DNA of 64,000 bases from the human T2T-CHM13v2.0 reference genome, Homo sapiens: NCBI RefSeq assembly GCF_009914755.1, contig NC_060928.1. One strand, given 5' to 3'. Each line of letters begins with the position of its first letter. The stretch's first letter is position 1. Shown piece by piece: positions 44,443 through 57,389 of the stretch. The notes under the pieces are model-generated. The model made no database searches and was not told where the DNA came from. It saw nothing but the letters and a program-made list of their open reading frames with translations. A program made the translations under genes and the position numbers.

Positions 44443-45438
44443 CTACAAGGAAAAAATAAAATAAAATGAAAACATTACAAATTATTCAAAAATAATACTT
44501 AAAGATGCTAACTCTACTAGCATTAAAAAAATAAATACATATGGAATAAGCAATTATAGTAAAGTTACAGGACACGAAGTTAATATACAAAGGTCAACTG
44601 ATTTCCTATATAGTAGCAATGAGCAATTAGAATTTGAAGTTAAAAACATAACACTACATTAGCACAAAAAATGAAATACTTGGGTATGAATTTAACAAAA
44701 TATATACAAGATCTCTATGGGACAACTACAAAATACTGATGAAAGAAATCAAAGATTTAAATAAATGAAGCAATATTCCATGTTCACAGTTATGAAGGCT
44801 CAAAATTATTAAGATGTAGTTTATTTCCAATTTGATCCAGATTCAACATGATTCCAATCAAAATCCCAGCAAGTTATTTTGTATATATCAACAAACTGAT
44901 TCTAAAGTCTATATAGAAAGATAACAGACCCAGAACAGCCAACACAATACAAAAGAAAGCAAAGTCCAAAGACTGACACCACCCAACTTCAAGAATTACT
45001 ATAAAGCTACAGTGATCAAGACAGAATGGTACTGATTAAAGAATAGGCAAATAAATGAATGGAAGAGAACAGAGAGACCAGAAATGGAACCACACAAATC
45101 ATAGTCTACTGATCTTTGGCAAAAGAGCAAAGGTAATTGAATGAAGAAAGGAAATTCTTTTCAATAAATGATTAATGCTGGAACAAATAGACACCTGCTT
45201 GCAAAAAAAACCTAGGCAGACCCTAAGCCTTTCACAACAGTTAACTCAAAATGAATCACAGCTCTAAATGTAAAATGCAAAACTATAAAACACAGACAAT
45301 CTGGGTAATTTGGGTTTAATTATGACTTTTAGATACAACACCAAAAGCACAATCCATGAAATAAAAATGGATGATAGACGTCATTATACTAAAAATTACA
45401 GCTCTGCAAAGAACATTTAGAGAATGAAAAGCCACAAA

Positions 45439-45774
45439 GGCTGGGTGCAGTGGCTCACACCTGTAATCCCTACACTTTAGGAGGCTGAGACAGGAGGATC
45501 ACCTGAGCACAGGAGTTTCAAGCCCAGCCTGAGCAACATAATGAATCCCTGTCTCTACAAAAAATTAAAATTAAAAAAAATTAGCTGAACATAATAGTGC
45601 ACGCCTAGTCCCAGGTACTAGGGGGTTGGGGGTAGAGCTGAGGTTGAAGGATCATTTGAGCCCAGGAGGTGCAGGCTGCAGTGGGCTGTGATGAAGCAAC
45701 TGCACTCCTTCTCCATGAAAAGCCTGGGTGACAGAACTGAGATCCAGTCTCAAAAAAAAAAAAAAAAAAAAAAA
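45439..45774 (+). mobile_element. AluJ nested in L1
   Basis: Diverged Alu consensus, long poly(A). Confidence 0.92.
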
Positions 45775-45901
45775 GGTTAAAAAGATAAGCCACAGACTGG
45801 CAGAAAATACTTGGAAAATGCACAGCTGGTAAAGGACTTGTCTTCAAAATATACTCAATAAGAAAGCAAATAACGCAATATAAAAATGAAAAAAAAAAGA
45901 A

Positions 45902-46155
45902 TTTGTGGAAACTCTATGTGGAACACATGTATCAGTGCCATATTTCCTATAGCATGTGCTCACTTCATGTCTCTATGACAATTTTCATATAATTCTTGCA
46001 TTATTTCAAAGTTTTTCTTTTTTATTATATCTGTTATTGTGATCCGTAATCAGCGATCTTTGATGTTACTATTGGATTCTTTTGGGGTGCCACAAACTGT
46101 GCCCATAGTAAACAGTAAACCTAATTAATGAGTAAAAAAAAAAAAAAAAAAAAAA
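45902..46155 (+). mobile_element. Tigger1 5'-region fragment followed by A22
   Basis: Reverse-complement similarity to the right ends of both large Tigger1 copies in this window (gatctttgatgttactatt...ttggggtgcca). Confidence 0.8.
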
Positions 46156-47909
46156 CGCAAAAAGGAACAGGAAATTAAACACTGCATGTTAAATTAAACA
46201 CTGCATGTTCTCACATGTAGAAGCTAAAAAGTTGATCTTATAGAAATAAAAAGCAGAATAGTTACAGGATGGAAAAGGTAGAGGGAGGAGGGGATAAGAG
46301 AGATTTGTTAAAAAACAAAATTACAGCTAGACAGGAAGAACAAGTTCTGGGGTTTTATAGTTATCTTACAGTGCTATAAAACTACTGTTACCTATTGTTA
46401 ACTATAGATAACAATAGTTACCTATAACAATGGATATCTATAGATATAGATATCTATAACTATAGTTACAGATAACGATAGTTAACAATAATATATATTT
46501 TCAAATAGCTAGAAAAGAGGATACTGAATGTTCCCAAAACAAAGAAATGGTGTCTGAGATAATGGATACGCTAATTGCCCTGATCTGATCACTGTATATC
46601 ACACTGTATGTACTGAAACAGCATTACATTTCCTATAAATATGTATAATTATTATGTATCAATTAAAAATAGAATGGCTAAAATCCAAAACACTGACAAT
46701 ACCACATGTTGGTGAGAATAAAGAGCAACAACAATTCTCACTCACTGTTGTGAGAATGCAAAATGATTCAGACACTTTAGTAAACTGTTTGACAGCTTCT
46801 TACAAAGCTAAACAAAGTCTTACCATGTGATCCAGCAATTACACTCCTAAGTACTTACCCAAATGAGCTGAAAACTTATGTCTACACAAAAATCTGCACA
46901 TAACATAAATGTTTATAGCAGCTTTATTCTTAATTGCCAAACTTGGAAGCAACCAAAATGTTCTTCTATGGTAAATGGATAAACAAACTATGGTACCTTT
47001 ATGCAATGTATTATTATTCAATGATAAAAATAAATGAGCTACCAATCCATGAGAAGACACAGAGGAACCATAAAACCATATTGCTAAGTGAAGAAGCCAG
47101 TCTGAAAATGCTATACACTGTAAAAGTCCAACTATTGACATTCTGGAAAAGGCAAAACTACAGAGATAGTAAAAAGATACATGGTTGCTAGGAGTTTGAG
47201 ACGGGGAGGGGAAAAGAAGGTTGAACAGGTATAGCACAGGGCATTTTTAGGGCAGTGAAACTATTCTGTATGAAACTATAATAGTAAATACATGACATTA
47301 CACATTTGTTAAAACCCACAGAACCATACAACACAGAAAGTAAATCCTAATGTAATCTGTGGACTTTAGCTAATGATAAAGTACCAATATTGGTTTCTCA
47401 ACTGTAAATTGTATCACTAATGAAAGTTGGTAATAGAGAAAACTGTGGTATGGGGGCACACATAGGAACTCTCTATACTTTCTGTGCAATTTTCTCTGTA
47501 AATGTGAACACATTCTTAAAAAATAAAGCCTATTTAAGAAAATAAACACATCATTTCCCTTTCCAGGGACTGGCTTAAAAATGGTCTAATGAAATGTCAA
47601 AAGAGTTCTCCTGTGGAGCTTCGGAGAAGTTTCCTTACCCTTTAAAAAAAGAAAAGAAGAAAAGGAAAAGGTGATGATGATGACACACAGAAGGCATACA
47701 CATTTCCATTTCTCCCTTTGGAAACTTTCATGTCTGGGTTGAGAAGTTAACAGAAAGGCAAACAGCCTGAGGTCAAAGATGACACACTGAGGATAACAAA
47801 ATGGAAAGACAATCTGAGCTCTTGATGATGTGTGACTGAATGAGCCAAATTAAACAACTATAGAGCTGTTCTACTTCCAATCTAATTATGTGAGGGATAA
47901 ATGTTAATG

Positions 47910-48475
47910 CGCTTTTTCTTTAGGTTTTCATTTAGATTTTGTAGTTTCTACGGTACAAATCTTATATTCTTTTATTGAATTTCTTAAACAAAATGTTCTT
48001 TTCAGACTATATAAGTGGAATTGTTTTCTTAATTTCATTTTCAGATTGTTTCCAGTGTACAGAAATTCCACTGGCTTTGTATAGTGATGTTTTCTACAAC
48101 AGTAATGAACTCATTAAGTAACTCTAATAGCATTTTTGAGGACTCCTTAAGACTTTTCACACACAAGATCATGTCATCTGAAAATACAAATAGTTCTTCT
48201 TTACTCCAAGTAAAAAGACATTTTTAATTTCTTTTTCTAGCCTAATTGTTCTGGCTAAAAATTCTAGTACAATCTTGAAAGAAGTGGCAGGAGCAGGCAT
48301 CCTAGTCTTGTTCCTGTTATTAGGGAGAAAACTTTTAATCTTTCACCACGATGTATTAGTGAACTGTGTGGGCTTTTCACAGATGCCCTTTATCAGGTTA
48401 AGAAAATTATCTTTTCTTCCACGTTTTTTGAGTGTTTTTATCAAGAAAGTGTGTCAGATTCTGTCAAATGCTGTG
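47910..48475 (-). mobile_element. L1M ORF2 fragment
   Basis: aagatcatgtcatctg...gcatcctagtcttgttcctg...agatgccctttatcagg. Confidence 0.75.
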
Positions 48476-48481
48476 CTACAT

Positions 48482-48585
48482 CTTGAACCTGGAAAGAGAA
48501 GGTTGCAGTGAGCCGACATTGAACCACTGCACTCTAGCCTGGGTGACGGAGACTCCGTCTCAAAGAAAAAAAAACAAAAAAAAAC
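48482..48585 (+). mobile_element. Alu 3' fragment (part of right arm)
   Basis: cttgaacctgg...ggttgcagtgagccga...gactccgtctc plus A tail. Confidence 0.9.
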
Positions 48586-49665
48586 AGACTAAGGAACTCA
48601 ATGGTAATTAGGTACTTATGACCTAATTACTCAGGTAATTATGACAACATTTTCGTGCCTATGAATTATAATATCAATGTCTCTTCTGTTTCTCTCAAGG
48701 AAAAATTTTAGGCCACTAATAATTCTAACTTAGAGATATTAGCAACAACTTGGTTCCTCATGATTATAACTTAAGTCCTCAGTAAAAGAATAGTCTCAAA
48801 TAACTGAATACCTACATGAAAAACCTCTCTGCTAACTACACAGCCCACCTCCATTAAATCTACAGACTAAAATTACCCTATTTGTGCATATATCTCCTAA
48901 CAACACTTTGCCTCCCAACTTGACTGTGTGACCAATACACAAAAATATACATGCTATTTCAACTGGGAGGAATGTTGTGGAAATGAAAGCTTTTAGAATT
49001 AAAAAACAAAAACAATCCTCTCTTTAAAAGACCAATACACCAGAAATACCAATGTTTAATTTGGCACCTCAGTTGTAGACAACAGCCCCTTTTCTAACTT
49101 TATGTTGCTTCTCAGCATTCTGTGCTTTTTCCCCTATACTCCATAACCTCTGCTGGAAGTATAAAAAATTCCAGGATTCCGTATTACTGTAGGTTCAGCT
49201 CCTTAGAGCTCAGTCCCAGTCATTCACTGGCCCATCCAGGAAACTACTTCCTCTCATTTCCAAGGCTTCCTTTAAATATTCCCCAAGTTTGCCTTATCTA
49301 AAACCTGGCTTTCTTCTGTCTTCAGGGAGCTTACAATCCAGTATGGGAATCATCGGGAAAAGTAACAAATGATGTTCCTTGGATTTGTTTTTGTAATTGC
49401 ATGCACTCGCTATGGAAAGCTAAGAAGGGCATCAAACTCCAACTGGGGGTAAAGACTCAAAAAAAGATATCTATAGTAGGTTTATATGCAAGTATGACAA
49501 ACATGTTTGAAAAGAATGAAGGTTAAGACAGACACACTAGTTGATAGGCTAGGCCTGAAATAATAATGAACTGAACTAAGAAAAAAGGGAGATTGACTTC
49601 AGATACCCTTTAAGCTATGTCACAAGTTTTTTGTTTTTTTTTTTTAATTGAAATTCTAATACTTA

Positions 49666-49758
<93 letters not shown>

Positions 49759-50165
49759 CTACAAATAAAATACATAAGAATTTTAAGTCAGAGGGATTAA
49801 ATCATATGGCCATTTTAAGAATCTAAGAAAATAGTTCCATGTATCCTCTGCTCAAGCAGGTTGAAATTTTTTCAAATAATCAATAAATTGTGCTTACTGA
49901 AATATTTCATTTTATCTGTATTAAATGAAATTGTTCCTCTCCACAGACATTTGATATTAATAACTGAGACAGAATCCAGTTTATAAATGGTAGAACAAAG
50001 GCAGTGTAGCCTCCTTTACTTCCAATAAGGAAATGAGAAAAACAATTGGAAACTCCAACATCTAGCAATTGAATATAATCTCCATCATTTTACTCACTGT
50101 TGTTCCTCAGCACCTAAAAAAAAGCTTGATATTTAGTAAGGGCTCAATAAATGTTCATGAGGCTG

Positions 50166-50459
50166 GGCTGGACGTGGTGCCTCACACCTGTAATCCCAGC
50201 ACTTTGGGAGGCGGAGGCGGGCAGATCACTTGAGGTCAGGAGTTCGAGACCAGCCTGATCAACAAGCTGAAACCCCATCTCTACTAAAACTACAAAAATT
50301 AGCTGGGCATGGTAGCAGGCACCTATAATCCCAGCTACTCAGGAGGCTAAGGCACGAGAGTCACTGAACCCGGGAGGTGGAGGTTGCAGTGACCCAGATC
50401 ACACCACTGCACTCCAGCCTGGGCAACAGAGTGAGACTCCGTCTCAAAAAAAAAAAAAA
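50166..50459 (+). mobile_element. AluS
   Basis: Alu consensus and poly(A). Confidence 0.95.
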
Positions 50460-50818
50460 TTAAATAACTAAAAATAAATAAATATTAAATAAAATATTAA
50501 AAAGTGAACAAATCTTTAAAATAAGATTATAGGAGATATCTATAACCCTAAACCACAATATATGAAGGAGGACTGCCAAATTCACCTGTATCATGATCAT
50601 AATGTAACTATCACACTGTATTTGCAAACAATGGTTTCACTCCTTTCCTACACTGTGAGTTGCTTAAAACAAAATCAAGTCTTGATTACCTTGTACCCTG
50701 CTCCAAGCACAGTGCTTCCCAATAAGTGCTTAATCATTGCTCATTGAAAAACTAAGTAAAAGCAAGAAAGTACAACCCACAGCAATGCACTATTTCTCTA
50801 ATAGTATTATTCCCTTAC

Positions 50819-50978
50819 CCTGCCAGTCTGCTTTATTAACGCTTGATCATGACACGGAGCAGGACACAAGTGACCACATTTCTCCAAAACTTTTTGGCAA
50901 GGTTGATGACATGGTGGACAAGAACCAAAGTGACAGCGATGTTTTTCTTGACTTGTATGATGACAAGTTGGTGGTCGA
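50819..50978 (-). CDS. NFXL1: NFXL1 exon 14, NF-X1 zinc fingers
   Basis: TAG|T...AGG|GTAAG; [53 protein letters not shown], 160 nt. Confidence 0.95.
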
Positions 50979-51199
50979 CTAAATCATAAAGTACAATTTT
51001 CAAAAATTACTTTTAGTCATTGAATAATTACATCTAAAGGACAATTATCTATTTACATATCTTCTGATTCCATATAGAATGAGTATACTGTGAATATTAA
51101 TATTTTAAAACACTAAAGCAAAATTAAATTATTAAAAGCCAATATGAATTTAAATTTGTACAACATCAGATGGAAGCTTGTGCAAAGCTTCAAACTCAC

Positions 51200-51320
51200 C
51201 TGCATTGCTCCTTGCACTTGGGTGGTCTTGTGGTACGTTCTCGGCCACAGGGCACTGTCACCTTTGTATTGCCACAATTACACTTCACATCTACAGTTTC
51301 TGGGCAGGGATAGCAACTGC
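51200..51320 (-). CDS. NFXL1: NFXL1 exon 13
   Basis: CAG|GC...CAG|GTGAGT; [39 protein letters not shown], 121 nt. Confidence 0.95.
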
Positions 51321-51689
51321 CTGAAAAAAAAGTCTGACAATTAAAAAGTTTCCTTAACTACCCAAATGCCTATTAATGGTAAAATACATAAATTTAGTAT
51401 ATTCACACAATGGGATACTCTACAACAAGAATGAAGAAACTACAACAACATGAATGAATCTTACCACAAAACATTGAGCCAGACACAAGGAGTACATAGT
51501 GCATGATTCCATTTATATAAAGTAAACAAGAAAAAATGTACTGTTCAAAATCAGAGTGATAGCTATGAAGGATGCAAGGAAGGTGTTGAAAATTTTGGTC
51601 ATGTTCTGTTTAATGATGTAAGTTTTGGTTACCTGGCTATGTTCAGTTTGTAAAAATTCAACAAGCTGTATACTTTTTATTTGTAATAC

Positions 51690-51989
<300 letters not shown>

Positions 51990-53314
51990 TCTGATTTATA
52001 ACACTTTTTTCTCTGTACACTGGTACCTCATAAAGTTTTAGACATTTCTCTAAAATGTGCTAAAACTTCTGTTCTAAATAACAAATTTAACACATTACTC
52101 ATTCAAAACTAAAACAAGTAAAAATGGATTTAAGTCTTTGGAAAATTTAACATTAACAATAATATCGTTGGCCTACTTTCATACATCTATCCAAGTACAC
52201 AATTTTTAGATGAATTCCCAATAACTTCTTTCTCATGACCTGATATTGGTTAGTAGCAAGCACAGTCAATTTTCCATTAATTGTGCTTTGTGAAAGACTA
52301 AGTACTAAGCCACCATTTTAGGATATAATCCCAAATATTTCTCTTCTAAACATAAAAAAAAATGTTATTTTGGTTTCAGCTTTTTACGCTCTTTTGTTAT
52401 GGGTTGGCAAAAATATAAAAAAACAAAATCAAAGAAATCTTTAAAGCAGGCTATAAAGTTCGCTCCAAGAGGTTCTGTCATCATCTTAAGGGCTTTCTTC
52501 CACTCTAGTTTTCCCAGTAAGGAACTCTATCAGAAATGAAATAATAAAGGAAGAAGAGTTTTCAATGAAGAAATGAATATCTTAAAGAGACTGTTGCCTA
52601 GGTGTCAGGACCAAGCAAAACATGGACCGGGAGTTAACCTGATAAAAAAAAGATTAAAGATGGACAATATCCTGGCTTAAGTGCCTCTAGAAGTTCAAAA
52701 TAGTTCCCTAAAACAAACACAAATTAAGAATTATAATTCAAATAATGAACACAGAAAAAGAGAAGATTAGAGGTAAAACATCGTAGGGTCAAACATAACA
52801 TTTATTATACAAAACACCAAATGTGTTTTGACACATATATTCTTGATGTTAATGCAAGTCAAGTTATCCTAACCCACATATCAAGTTTTATTTTTATTTT
52901 ACCTAAAGAATGACTACAAGTTGTATTTTTAAAGTTGATAGTGATATTTAAGTCGGTTCTCATTCGGCATATTATATCTGTTTCTATACTTAACAATGAC
53001 AATTTTTCATTCATCTTCAGCAGAGGAACCTTTTTGTTATCAAACGTAACCTTTTTGTTATTCTAAACAACAGTATCACATTTAAATTACATCTTGAAAA
53101 TAAGGGACAATTTCTCTAAACAGTCTCCCTACTGACCAACAGAATTTATTATAATTAAAAGAGCTTCCATAATACTTTCAAAATGAAAAAATAGCATAGG
53201 GAGACTATAACTATACTGACCAATACCAGTTAATAGCCAAAATAGGCATGATTCGGGTAGTTCTAAAACTATAAACACAGATGATCCTGAACTTAAAAAA
53301 AAAAACTATAAATC

Positions 53315-53608
53315 GGCTGGGCGCTGTGGCTCATGCCTGTAATCCCAGCACTTTGGGAGGCCGAAGCAGGCAGATCACGAGGTCAGGAGATCGAGACCAT
53401 CCTAGCCAACATGGTGAAACCCCGGCTCTACTAAAAATACAAAAATTAGCTGGACATGGTGGCATATGCCTGTGATGCCAGCTGCTCGGGAGGCTGAGGC
53501 AGGAGAATCACCTGAAATGGGGAGTCAGAGGTTGCAGTGAGCCGGGATTGCGCCACTGCACTCCAGCCTGGTGACAGAGAGAGACTCCGTCTCAAAGAAC
53601 AAAACAAA
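53315..53608 (+). mobile_element. AluS (Sc-like)
   Basis: Alu consensus; TSD aaaactataaatc. Confidence 0.95.
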
Positions 53609-55086
53609 ACTATAAATCAAATTTTCACATACCCACAACACAAACATGCAGTTAGTATATTCCCCCTATAAATTACTGTATAATTCTGATTATGAAGGAT
53701 TCTAGAATGATGGAAAAATGGTATGAAATTATGATTCCACATTCTTTTATAACTGTAGATGAAACAAATATTGACAGTTGCACAACAGCATCTTCCACAT
53801 ACTTTACATCAAGGAAAATTTTGTTGTGACTAATAAGCTTTTCTAAGGATTAATAGAAATCTATAAAAACAAAACAAACAAAAAAAACCACTCTACCAAA
53901 AAATATCAAAACCTGAATCTGATCAAACCTCTAGATCCAATTAACAGGTTATCAAAAATATAGAGGACAGAGGAACATGTTAAATAATACCACAGAGATG
54001 CAATCTGCAAAACTCAGACTCTGAGAAACTAAATAAAGCAACCTAGTTTCTTCAACAAATAAGTCATAAGGGGAAAAAAGGAGATAGAGGATGGAAATTA
54101 TAAATTAAAAGACTTTAGAGACAAAACCAATTACAACATGCCAATTTTATTAGGTTTTTGAGTCTATAAACTGATGTAAAAAATGAAGTTACTTATGAGA
54201 CAACAAGAAATTTGAAAACCAGATGTTTGCTGATATGAAGAAATATGTTAACTACATTTAGGTTAAGAATCCATCTTTTAGAGACAAATACTGAAATATT
54301 TATGGGCTTTGCTTCACAAAAATATGAGACAGGGAAATGCTTCCAACACTTCTCCAGTAAGTATGATATTTGCTCTAAACTTTTTGCAGATACTCTTTAT
54401 CAGGTTAAGGATATGTCTATTTCCAATTAAATTTTTATCTTATATAGATGTTAGACATTTATCAAGATGATCTCATTCCTCCTTTGGTCTTTTAATGTGG
54501 TAAATTACATAATATTAGATTTACTACTGTTAAACCAGTTATATCACAGAGATGTAGTTTGCAAAAATCTGCAAAAACTCAATGGGTCAGTGATGTAATG
54601 ACTATAAAAGAAAATAAAATCTTTCTAGTGTTGGTGAGAGCATACCTGAAAAACTATTTCTAAACTTCACTGACAAATCAAAGAACACCTACAGGAAATG
54701 TCTACAGGGTAAATAGAATCTGACACTTTTCCTAATGGGGAAGGAATGTAGTATAATGGAAATAACATAAACACTGGGTTCACATCCTGACTCTGCGACT
54801 AGTTCTATTAACCTTGGGCCAATAGTCTCCCGGCCTGTTCCACATATCCCTATATGCTGCAGGATTTCTGAAAGGATAGGGAGATCAACTGAGAAACAGT
54901 TCAGTAGTTTGTTCTAGGTATTAAACTACTAAATGGCAGAGTCTAGGCTTAAATCCAGGATTTCTTACTCTAAGTCCACGATCTTTCCAATACTGTATAC
55001 CATATCTCAGTAGATTCCATTTCATATCAACATAATCCAAATGAGTGAAGTTAACTCAGTTTTTAATGTCTAGTAATAACTTATAA

Positions 55087-55510
55087 CATAATTCTCAAAG
55101 TATAGTCCAGGAACCCTAGTGGTTCTTGAGACCCTTTCAGGAGGTCTGCAAGGTCTCACATGCATAGTTTTCCAGAAGCTAGTGAAAAGTGATGTCCATA
55201 GCAGACTGAATACAGAAGCATATATGTGAATCCGGCTATTTTCTGTTAAGCTAGATATTAAAGACATTTGTAAAAATGTAAAATTTTCTACTTTTTTCAG
55301 AAAATAGTTATTTTTCATAAAACATTATTTGTATTAAGATATAATGGGTTTATTACTGCTATTTTTAAAAAATAATAAATATTATTACATTTTATTTTAA
55401 TTTCAAATACAATAAATGTCAATGAATAAAACTCACATTAACAAAAGCCCTTTGGGGACCAAAGGATTGTAAAGGGGTCATGACATCAAAATGTTTAAAA
55501 ATCACCAGCT
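55087..55510 (+). mobile_element. Charlie1-derived internally deleted hAT element
   Basis: ttctcaaagtatagtcc...gagaccctttcaggaggtctgcaaggtc 5' end and ggggtcatgacatcaaaatgtttaaaaatcacca 3' end. Confidence 0.7.
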
Positions 55511-55932
55511 TCGGACATATCTAATCCTTTACTAGATTTAACTACAAATAAGTATATAAAATTCAGAATAAATAAGGTGTTCAAAATGCTATGAACACCT
55601 TCATTGATTAAAAAATTATGTGGGGAAAGTCAGGAAGTGGGAAAACAATATGGTGTTATAGAAAGGACAATACTTTTATATACAGAAATCCTGGGTTCAA
55701 ATGTACTAGACATTTCCCTGAGTAAGTTACTGAACCCTCTTAAGCTTCAACCTCTTTGCCTATAAAATAGAGACACTGGCAAACTGCCTTACCTTCTTCT
55801 CCAGGTTAAGAGAGTCAAGTGAGATAATGACTATAAAACGCTATTTCAATACATTATATTGAATATTGACAATGAAAAAAAAAACCACTACATCACTACA
55901 AACATAAAATCATAGCTATTATTAAAGTTTAC

Positions 55933-56023
55933 CTCTGTGACAGACAGATGGACACTTATGGTTTCTACATCCTAAAGTCCGTCCACAGTTTTGATCACAA
56001 GGTGGACAGTTTCCAGGGCAACA
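55933..56023 (-). CDS. NFXL1: NFXL1 exon 12, NF-X1 zinc finger
   Basis: CAG|TGT...GAG|GTAAA; [30 protein letters not shown], 91 nt. Confidence 0.95.
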
Positions 56024-56414
56024 CTGAAGAGAAAGCAATATATAAAGAACAGGTAATTCAAAAACCCATGAATAATAGGCATGTCATTACTAGTTACAGA
56101 ACTTATGGAAAGCAAAAGATACACTTTTCACTAAAAGAAGTATTCAAGAATATCAACATTCTTCTGGTAAGTAAACATACTTCACTAAGAACTTATGATG
56201 ACCTAATTTAACAAATCAAGCTAAATTTTCCTGACTTTCAGTTAATTATTCTATGATTCAAAACATTTCCATCAGATAATTTCATTCCTTTATCTATGCA
56301 GAGACTAACAACATTAACCAAAGGAATGTCAATTCAGGAAAACAATTAGTCTGGTTTTTAAAAAAAATTTAATTAAAATCAAATTCAACGTATAGATTCA
56401 TTTGGCAGTTATTT

Positions 56415-56730
56415 ATTTTCTTTTTCTTTTTTTCTTTTTTTTTTTTTTCTTGAGACAGAGTCTGGCTCTGTCTCAGGTTAGAGTGTAATGGCACAGTCTT
56501 GACTGACTGCAACCTCCACCTCCCAGGCTCAAGCCATCCTCACACCTCAGCCTTCTGAGTACCTAGTTCTACATGCTCTCCCCACCACACCTCAGTAGTT
56601 TGTGTATTTTTGGTAGAGATGGAGTTTTGCCATGTTGCCCAGGCTGCTCTCAAACTCCTGAGCTCAAGCGATCTGCCTGCCTTGGCCTCCCAAAGTACTT
56701 GGATTATAGACATAAGCCACTGCTCCTGGC
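56415..56730 (-). mobile_element. AluJ
   Basis: Reverse Alu; TSD tttggcagttattt. Confidence 0.92.
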
Positions 56731-57100
56731 TTCGTTTGGCAGTTATTTTCAAACCATAGATTAAGAGATTAAAGAAGAGAAGCAGAGATAGGCTACTTGC
56801 ATCCAGCTTTCTTTGTCACTTCCCTGGTTTCACAGACACTTCCGTGTCTGTGAGAAATATAGCTATCTATGACCTGTCCTAATTTTTCAATCATGGACAC
56901 CAGTCAACTACTTCAAGTCTATATTGCCATCTTAACTCTTTCCTTAACTTCTTACTTACCTAACTTTGGAAAGGAAATACAGACTACAATTGTCTTAAAG
57001 AAACTTAGGGTTGTATATAAGAGTAAGTTTCATTATATAAAAATAGCTAAAAACAAAATGTACATTATTAAAAAGCAATTAAGTCAATACAGTTTATTCT

Positions 57101-57269
57101 CAAAAATTAGCCAGGCATGGTAGTGCGTGCCTGTAGTCCCAGCTACTTGCGGAGGCTGAGGCAGGAGAATTGCTTGAACATGGGAGGCAGAGGTTGCAGT
57201 GAGCCGAGATCACACCACTGCACTCCAGCCTGGACGATAGAGTAAGACTCCGTCTCAAAAAAAAAAAAA
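57101..57269 (+). mobile_element. Alu right arm only (5'-truncated)
   Basis: Starts at aaaaattagccaggc; TSD-like caataYagtttattc. Confidence 0.92.
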
Positions 57270-57389
57270 GAGGCAATATAGTTTATTCAATTAGACAAGT
57301 GTTTATTGAGTAATACTATGTGCCTATCCTATCACTTTGCCAGTGGGGGAAAAGATTATGTGGTCCATGACTTGAATAAGCCAATAGAC

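Larger units (their letters stand above)
44480..47530 (+). mobile_element. Old L1M ORF2 3' half and 3' UTR with nested Alu, Tigger1 piece and L1MA 3' end
   Basis: caatcaaaatcccagcaag, tactataaagctacagtgatcaagacag, tgatccagcaattacactcct. Confidence 0.85.
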
